NCBI GenBank assembly: GCA_002781185.1
Contig: PEUU01000020.1
Coordinates: 1 to 58,711 of the forward strand
Length of the DNA: 58,711 nt
Direction: 5' to 3'
DNA from: Candidatus Jorgensenbacteria bacterium CG03_land_8_20_14_0_80_38_39
GTDB taxonomy: Bacteria; Patescibacteriota; Minisyncoccia; UBA6257; GWB1-50-10
The position numbers and the translations under genes were made by a program. The number at the start of each line of letters is the position of its first letter. The stretch's first letter is position 1. Positions 45,401-52,400 of the stretch are shown here, one piece after another. The notes under the pieces were generated by a model, which was not told the origin of the DNA, did no database searches, and saw only the letters and a list, made by a program, of their open reading frames with translations.

Positions 45401-45426
45401 TATTAAGCCATGGCTTAATAACGGTG
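45395..45426. repeat. Perfect 32-bp palindrome downstream of paralog B
   Basis: caccgttattaagccatggcttaataacggtg has the same TGTCAC-N9-GCCATGGC frame as 44701-44738. Confidence 0.95.
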
Positions 45427-45558
45427 TAGTCAAAATATTTTACTTAAATATTTATTTAAATATTTTATCTACAAATATTTTATCTACAAATATTTTATCT
45501 GATATTTATATATTTATATTTAATATTTATCTGATATTTATCTAAATCCAATAAACTC

Positions 45559-45588
45559 TTGACAAATTAGAAAGAAATATGCTATACT
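45559..45588 (+). promoter_or_regulatory. Near-consensus sigma70 promoter
   Basis: TTGACA-18 nt-TATACT. AT-rich tandem repeats (aatattttatctaca x3) precede it at 45440-45545. Confidence 0.65.
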
Positions 45589-45686
45589 CCAAGCAGAAAG
45601 TGAAAGTTTCGCCTTGCCTAGCCAAGGTGTTTGAAAATCCGACTTCTGATGCTAGGTAGAGGAAGTCAAAATAAGGAGACACAACA

Positions 45687-45860
45687 ATGAAAGCACTGAA
45701 ACTCTTCTTCCTGCTGGTGGCCATGGCATCGATGGTAGGAATGGCGTTCAATGTTGTTGGCGGGACAGAAGGAGAAAATCCTAATCTTCTGTTTTGGCTA
45801 GTTGTCTTTGTCGTAGCATTGCTCTGCACAATGCTAACGACAAAAAAGCCGGTGAAGTAA
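45687..45860 (+). CDS. Small hydrophobic protein (57 aa, two TM segments)
   Basis: Hand-translated as MKALKLFFLLVAMASMVGMAFNVVGGTEGENPNLLFWLVVFVVALLCTMLTTKKPVK. AAGGAG lies 8 nt upstream. It has a structured leader of about 95 nt and its own terminator. Confidence 0.55.
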   Translation: MKALKLFFLLVAMASMVGMAFNVVGGTEGENPNLLFWLVVFVVALLCTMLTTKKPVK

Positions 45861-45890
45861 AGTAGTAATAGACCGGCAAAAATGTAAAAA

Positions 45891-45922
45891 GGGTCTTCCC
45901 AAGGAAGACCCTGTATTTTTTT
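45891..45922 (+). terminator. Intrinsic terminator
   Basis: gggtcttcc-caa-ggaagaccc is followed by tgtattttttt. Confidence 0.8.
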
Positions 45923-45956
45923 CTCAAAATAGTTATTATCTTTTTATTCTAAAATC

Positions 45957-46682
45957 TCACACCTTGCCCAATTTCTCTAAAGTGGTTTTGGGATTACTGC
46001 TCCCCCAAATGTAGGAAGCAGAAACCAAGATGTCTGCCCCGGCTCTTTTTGCTAATCTGGCGGTTTCCAAATTAATTCCGCCGTCAACTTCTATGACAAG
46101 GCTGGGAAATTTTTTTCTTAAGAATTGAATTTTGCTTAAAACTTTTGGTTGAAATTTTTGGCTGGCCCAGCCCGGTTCAACTGCCAAAATTTGAATAAAT
46201 TTAAAATCCTTTAAATAAGGGATTATTTTTTCAACCGGCGTCTCCGGATTAATCGCCAAACCCAATTCAACATCATTTGCTTTACATTTTTTAAAAATTA
46301 AACTGAAAACTTTCCGACTCATTCGTAGATTCGGATAAATTTGTAGTTTGGAATCAGTTATGGCTTCCAAATGAACAATAATTCTCTTCGCTCCGGCTTT
46401 CACCCAATCCTCAATTACCGCCTCAGGATTTTCAACCATCAAATGGCTTTCCAAATTAAACTTCCAACCGGCATTTTTAAGAAATTTTTTTAAATTTTGA
46501 AGGTCTTTTAAATCATTGCCCCAAGTTTTTGCCGCGGTAAATTTGCCGTCGCTAATATCAAACTGAACCCAAGGACTCCCCAGTTTTTTAACCTGTCTTA
46601 ATTTTTTAGTGACGCAAGGCCAATTTAAACAATTAATGGCCGGAATTACTGCCGGTCCTCTTTTTTCAGAAACCGCTTTCAT
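45957..46682 (-). CDS. rpe: Ribulose-phosphate 3-epimerase with repeat-encoded insertion
   Basis: 241 aa with Rpe-like motifs (HLMVENP, GLAINPETP, EVDGGIN). DSKLQIYPNLRM is encoded by a copy of the tacgaat repeat at 46320-46355. Confidence 0.85.
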   Translation of the reverse strand: MKAVSEKRGPAVIPAINCLNWPCVTKKLRQVKKLGSPWVQFDISDGKFTAAKTWGNDLKDLQNLKKFLKNAGWKFNLESHLMVENPEAVIEDWVKAGAKRIIVHLEAITDSKLQIYPNLRMSRKVFSLIFKKCKANDVELGLAINPETPVEKIIPYLKDFKFIQILAVEPGWASQKFQPKVLSKIQFLRKKFPSLVIEVDGGINLETARLAKRAGADILVSASYIWGSSNPKTTLEKLGKV

Positions 46683-47154
46683 TTTTAAGAGAACCGCTTT
46701 CTAAAATTTCACTTTCCACTTGAACAATTTTACTTAAACGTCTTTGGTGGCGGGGTTCGTCGGAAAAAGGCGTGCTTAACCAAACTCTGACAATCTTTTT
46801 AGCCGCTTCCCCATCTAAAAAATCAGCAGCTAAAGTTAAAACATTGGTATTAATATCATTACGGCTGTCAAAAGCTTGGTTGGGACTCATTGCCAAAGCC
46901 GAACGGACATTAGGAAATTTATTGGCAACGACATCCACCCCCACTCCTGAACCGCAAATGACAATGCCCCGGGAACTTTCAAAACCCCGGCTGACTTTTC
47001 TGGCAACCGCCGCGGCAAAATCAGGGTAATCATCGTCCTCATCATAATGGTCATTGCCCAAATCAGCTATTTCAAATCCCTCGTTTTTTACAAAATCTTT
47101 CAAATATTCCTTTAGTTTAAAACCCAAGTGGTCGGCACCGAAATAAATAATCAT
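46666..47154 (-). CDS. rpiB: Ribose-5-phosphate isomerase B
   Basis: 162 aa with motifs GADHLGF and ICGSGVGVDVVANK. Confidence 0.9.
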   Translation of the reverse strand: MIIYFGADHLGFKLKEYLKDFVKNEGFEIADLGNDHYDEDDDYPDFAAAVARKVSRGFESSRGIVICGSGVGVDVVANKFPNVRSALAMSPNQAFDSRNDINTNVLTLAADFLDGEAAKKIVRVWLSTPFSDEPRHQRRLSKIVQVESEILESGSLKNESGF

Positions 47155-47306
47155 TTTAAATATTATAAATCAGTTCCATTATAAAAAGAAGGTCTAATTT
47201 GCTACATCCTGAAATTTTTCCATTGCAACCTTAGCCGCAACAGAGATGAAAACTTCATTTAAATTATACAAAAAACAAGCCCCCCAATCCAAATCGGAAC
47301 GAGGGA

Positions 47307-47825
47307 CTAAAAATTAAAACGTAAAAGAAGGGTCGGCTGTGAGTAAAATACCGCTCGGCCGACGCGCCACCGGCAGCCCGTGGCAAAATCCCACGCAAAC
47401 AGGTCCCACTCTCGAGGGTTGAAATTCCAGTCCACGTTCACCGTAACCACACGACCATCTTTTAATACAAGATAAAAAATGTTTGCGTAGCCGCTGTTTA
47501 ACAGTAAACCGTCCTCGCCCTTGGGTTGCTGCCAGACGAATAATCTACTGATCATCCCGACAAATTCTGGAGGGGTAAATGTTCCCTCACCGATTTTCGG
47601 GCAGAGCTCAGAATCATAGGCACATTCTATAAGCATTGATTTACAGAAAAAACCACGGAACTCGGGTACGATTTCAGGAACCTCCGGGAGAACCCATTCC
47701 CGGAAATTGTCGTTCATCCGGATATTCACAGGACCGTTCTTGCCGAAAAATTCGCTCTTCAAGAACAACGAGCCAGTACTGATAATGGAAATTCCCTGGA
47801 TAATTTCCTTAAATCGTTTTGCCAT
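47307..47825 (-). CDS. Hypothetical protein
   Basis: The ATG at 47825 (MAKRFKE) is preferred. The Trp-rich C-terminal part has higher GC than its neighbours. Family unknown. Confidence 0.45.
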   Translation of the reverse strand: MAKRFKEIIQGISIISTGSLFLKSEFFGKNGPVNIRMNDNFREWVLPEVPEIVPEFRGFFCKSMLIECAYDSELCPKIGEGTFTPPEFVGMISRLFVWQQPKGEDGLLLNSGYANIFYLVLKDGRVVTVNVDWNFNPREWDLFAWDFATGCRWRVGRAVFYSQPTLLLRFNF

Positions 47826-47936
47826 AGCGTTTTCCTTATATTTTTGGCTTACCTTTATCAAGCGACGATTATTTGCTCAACTTAGGGCCTGCCAATTAGT
47901 TTCAAAGTGCACCTCCATTATAACAAACTTTGCTCT

Positions 47937-48983
47937 TCATTTGTCAAGGACTAAATTTGCCACATCTTGCACGTGTTTCACCAGTGTCGCTGCGTAACCC
48001 CATTCGTTATCATACCAAGAAAGAATTTTTACCAAATCCTTGTCAATGACTTTAATGAAATTCAAATCAATGATTGCTCCGTAGGGCTCGCCAATAATAT
48101 CCGAGGAAACCAATTGTTCTTCAGTAACTTTTAAAATCCCCTGCCAGCGCGGTTCTTGACTGGCTTTTTTAAAAATTTCCTTAATTTCTTCTACCGAGGT
48201 TTCTCGCTTGGCCACAAAAGTAATGTCGGCAATGGAGCTAGTGAGCAAAGGCACTCTTAAAGCGAACCCGTCAAATTTTCCTTCCAGTTCTTTAATCACT
48301 CGGGTGACGGCAATCGCCGCGCCAGTGGTGGAAGGCACAATATTTTGAGCGCCGGCCCGGCCGCGCCGCCAATCGCTTCCCTTTGTCGGCCCATCAACTA
48401 AATTTTGAGTGGCAGTATAAGCGTGAACAGTATTTAAAATGGCTTTTTTAATTCCCGGATTTTCTGCCATAATAGCCATTACCGGCGAGACAGCATTAGT
48501 GGTGCAAGAAGCGTTAGAGGTTAAAACCACGGAATTTAACTCGCCTTCATTTATTCCTATTAAAATAGTCTTGCCTTCAGGACCATCGGCATCTTTGGCC
48601 GGGGCAGTGATAATTACTCTTTTGGCGCCGGCTTGAAGATGAACTTTGGCTTTTTCATAAGATTCAAAAATTCCCGTGGCTTCAATCACAACATCAATTT
48701 TTAAATCTTTCCAGGGCAATTTAGCCGGTTCTTTTTCCTGAAGAACTAAAATTTTTTTATCATCAACCATCAAATAATTCTGCGTAAATCCGCCTTCAGT
48801 CTGCGTCAATCCGCGAATTTCCGCAGGAAATTGTCGGTACACGGAATCGTATTTCAAAAGATAAGCGAGATTATCAACACTGCCCAAATCATTGATGGCG
48901 ACAATTTCAAAATCCGGCTGATTAAAAGCTTGCCTAAAAAACAACCTTCCTATTTTTCCAAACCCATTTATAGCAATACGCAT
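47937..48983 (-). CDS. gap: Glyceraldehyde-3-phosphate dehydrogenase
   Basis: 348 aa with INGFGKIGR, the active site SNASCTTN and WYDNEWGY. An extra RGLTQTEGGFTQ segment is encoded by GCGT-type repeats at 48780-48827. Confidence 0.9.
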   Translation of the reverse strand: MRIAINGFGKIGRLFFRQAFNQPDFEIVAINDLGSVDNLAYLLKYDSVYRQFPAEIRGLTQTEGGFTQNYLMVDDKKILVLQEKEPAKLPWKDLKIDVVIEATGIFESYEKAKVHLQAGAKRVIITAPAKDADGPEGKTILIGINEGELNSVVLTSNASCTTNAVSPVMAIMAENPGIKKAILNTVHAYTATQNLVDGPTKGSDWRRGRAGAQNIVPSTTGAAIAVTRVIKELEGKFDGFALRVPLLTSSIADITFVAKRETSVEEIKEIFKKASQEPRWQGILKVTEEQLVSSDIIGEPYGAIIDLNFIKVIDKDLVKILSWYDNEWGYAATLVKHVQDVANLVLDK

Positions 48984-49213
48984 AATTTATATTAAAAAAT
49001 AATTATTTTAGCGAGGCCGACTTCGTCTGCTGGAAAGCGACTACGTCGTCCGAAGGCTGACTTGCCCCGTCTTAAGTTCCGCAGAAATTTTAGCGCAAGG
49101 TTTTTCAAAAATAGCCTTCTCAAGATATTTTTATTATAACAAAATTATTACAACAAATCCAGCAATTTCTCCGTCTTTAAATCCAGCAATCTTATTACAA
49201 CAAATCCGGCAAT

Positions 49214-49353
49214 TCTTTCATCTTCTTTTATCTGCGGATATACAGTTTTGTCTGCGGATAGACAAATAACTTTAGTCAACAAATCTTTCATCTTCTTTTA
49301 TCTGCGGATATACAGTTTTGTCTGCGGATAGACAAATAACTTTAGTCAACAAA
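49214..49353. repeat. Perfect 70-bp tandem duplication
   Basis: The unit is tctttcatcttcttttatctgcggatatacagttttgtctgcggatagacaaataactttagtcaacaaa. Each copy ends with the left part of the C-type palindrome. Confidence 0.9.
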
Positions 49354-49380
49354 CTCACGATCGTGAGTTTGTTGACTAAA
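49341..49380. repeat. Perfect 40-bp palindrome (C-type), downstream of the giant gene
   Basis: tttagtcaacaaactcacgatcgtgagtttgttgactaaa is identical to 55468-55507. Confidence 0.95.
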
Positions 49381-49460
49381 TAAAATTCTAAGTTTATAAA
49401 CAAAATATAAACAAAAAATCAAAAATACAACCGCGGATTTTTATTTTTCTTAAAAATAAA

Positions 49461-52400
49461 TTAAGGGATAATTGTTCCTTTCAAAATTAAAGAAATATCA
49501 CGCCAGTCCCAAAAACGTGTCCAACTGCCTTTGGTCTCAAAAATGTCAGAAATGTAAAGATTGCCGGAATTAGGAGAATTGTGGAAGGTTTTTACACTTA
49601 AATGGTATTCATAAGAACTAACATCAGAATTACCCGGTTGGCAATTATCCCCTTCCACAACCAAATAATAAGTTTGGTTAGCAGAAAGAATAATATTGTT
49701 ATTGGACTTATTAAAATTGAAAAGGTCAAAAGTCCATGATGGCATTATTCTCTCATGCGGAACAAGGTCAGTTGAAATAATGTCAGCCGGGTCAGCGCTG
49801 GGTTGATTTTCGTCCGTGCTACTGGCTTTTACCAAAGAAACTCTGGCATTATAGCCGTTCTGGCCGCTCTGCTCTAACCAAATTTTATAACTATCCAATT
49901 TGACTGTCTGGTTAAATTTTATTTTTTCAGCCGCCCGACTGCATTCTCTATAACCGAGAGGCCAATCATTACTACCGTCGGGCCTATCACCTCCTTGAGA
50001 ATAATCAATCAATGTTAAAGGCAAAATTGGCATTTGAAAAGTAGTGGTCGCTATTTCTGAATAAAGGTTAAAATCATCTTTGGCCCGAACAGCTATTTCA
50101 TAAGTTTGGCCTTCGGTTAAGGTTAAGCCGGAAATTTGTTGGGAAGCGATGCCGCGAGTTAAAGACTGCCAAGAACTGGAAGCCAGTGGTTCATTTAAAA
50201 GAGCGTAATTAGTCTCATAACTTATTAATCTATCTAAAGTATCCGGGTCATTAGAACCGCTCCAATTAACAATCACTTGGGGGTCATCATTATTATTGTT
50301 AAAAACAGCTGTTACCGGACCAGGAGACGACGGCGGCTGGTGAATCGGCGGTTCGTTCTGAAAATAATATTTTGTTTTATCAACCGCGGCCAAATTAAAA
50401 TACTGATTGCCACCTCCTCCCCCGCCAAAATCATAAAAAGCCAAGGTTAAATAATCGGCCGGCGAAAAAGCGACATCAGAAACAGAACTCGCGGTTTTAA
50501 TATTAAATCTTTTATCTTCTAAATCTCCAAAGCTATAAGCGCTACTAAGCGGTCCCCCTGGCTGACAAGAATAGTTATTCCAAGGTATTAAAAGAGAAGG
50601 AGAAGAAGAAGGACCATAACCGTGACAAGCATTATATTTCAAACTGAGAAAATTCGGGTCCTCTGGCGTAAGCCAGTGGGCGGTATCAAATGTTTGCTGT
50701 TTTGGTGCATCATGATTCAAATAAAACATAACTAATTTCCAATTCTGATTATTTGTTGTATCATTTTTATCCCACAGTGGACGACTAGAGCTTGTTACTA
50801 AATCAACAAAGTAATTGTCACTGCCTGGCCTTGGATCACGATAAAAATAAACGCCATCAAAAAAGCTTTGAGCAAAAATAGTGGTAGTGGAATAATTGGC
50901 AAATCCATCGCGATCTTGAACTTCAAATTGAAATTCGTAATTCTTTCCAATTTCATTAATTCCATAGGAATAAGCTAAACTGGAACTGCTTTTATAAAGC
51001 AAGGTGGAATTACCATCAGTAATATCATAAAAGGAATAAATGTTCGTTGAAGTTGCACCTTCAGCGTCAATTGAAACATTCCAGGAAAAATCTATTTTGG
51101 GATTCGGACTATAAGCTGCCTGGAGATTATTTATTGAGGGTTTTTCTCGCGGCTCGGCTAAATTCGCCGAATTTTGCGGATGAGGGGTATTGCGAATTTC
51201 AAAATCAGCGGCACTGTCTGTATCACAGCCATTGCCCAAAAATTCGTTGTCCAGTTGACTGGACACACACTGATTACTTTGCCAAGCTTTTCTTTCTAAA
51301 CTTTTATTAGCTTCGGGAACAGTTGAGGTGGCAGTTGACACCGACAACAGAGGCGCACCATAAGAAAAACTATCAATAATTTCTGACTCAGAAATATCAA
51401 AAATAGGAGTTGTTGTGCCAACCAAAAAAATCGTGGCACCGCTGGAATTACCGGAAAGAGAAAAACCGCTATAAGTCATATCGGATTTATCCTTTAAAGA
51501 ACTAGTAGCATTTGAATTTATTAAAAGAAAAAAACTTTTTGCCGCTATTTGATGACCATTGCTAAAATTTTTCTTTATAATTTTATCGGTTGAAGTAGCG
51601 GTACCGCTTAAATACTGGATTGAAAAATTATCCAAAGGAATGTTGCGATTTGTCGGATTATAAAGTTCAATAAATTCATCATTGGCCGTATCGCCCCTAA
51701 TCTGAATTTCGCTAATCACAATATGATTAACGCCGGCTGGCTGAGCAGAATTAACAGAAATTGTGGTAGAAGTGGCGGTTGAAGAAGCATTTTGCTCATC
51801 AAAAATAATTAAACTTACTGGGTAAGAGCCGGCTTGAGAATAAAAATGAGTCGTGGTGGCAGTAGAAATCGTGGAAGTGGCGCCATCGCCAAAATCCCAT
51901 TGATAAAAAACAATTTGACCATCATCGGTTGAAGAAGCGGCATCAAAAATTATTTCTTCGTCAACTTGAGGATTCTGCGGCGCATAAACAAAAAAAGCGC
52001 TCGGCGCTTGATTGGTTGAAGAAATTTGATTTTGCTGGCCGGGGGTTGGCTGAATTTCTTTCCATTCATTATTAATCAACTGAAGCGATTTGCCATTATC
52101 ATTCGCTCCCCAGCTTGATTGATAATTTACTTGATCCACAATTAAATCGCCATTTTTAATAGCAATCGTCTCACCGGTATTATTCAAGGAAAAAGAGCTG
52201 TCAATAATCGTCCCTGAATAATTTGACCAGTCAGTTAAAAATTTTTCAGGATTATCAACGATAATAGCATATTCGCTCGGAGAAATTGTTAAAGAGCCTC
52301 TATATACTAAAAGAAGGTGATTAGAACCTCCTTCAGAAAATTTCCAGCCGTCTAAATTTACAGTAGAAGTTCCGGCATTAAAAATTTCTATCCATTCCCT

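Noticed and set aside
45542-45829. 95-aa minus-strand ORF
   Set aside because: It overlaps a plus-strand unit with a near-consensus promoter, SD, a 57-aa membrane ORF and a terminator. The minus-strand translation has no start context or recognisable features.
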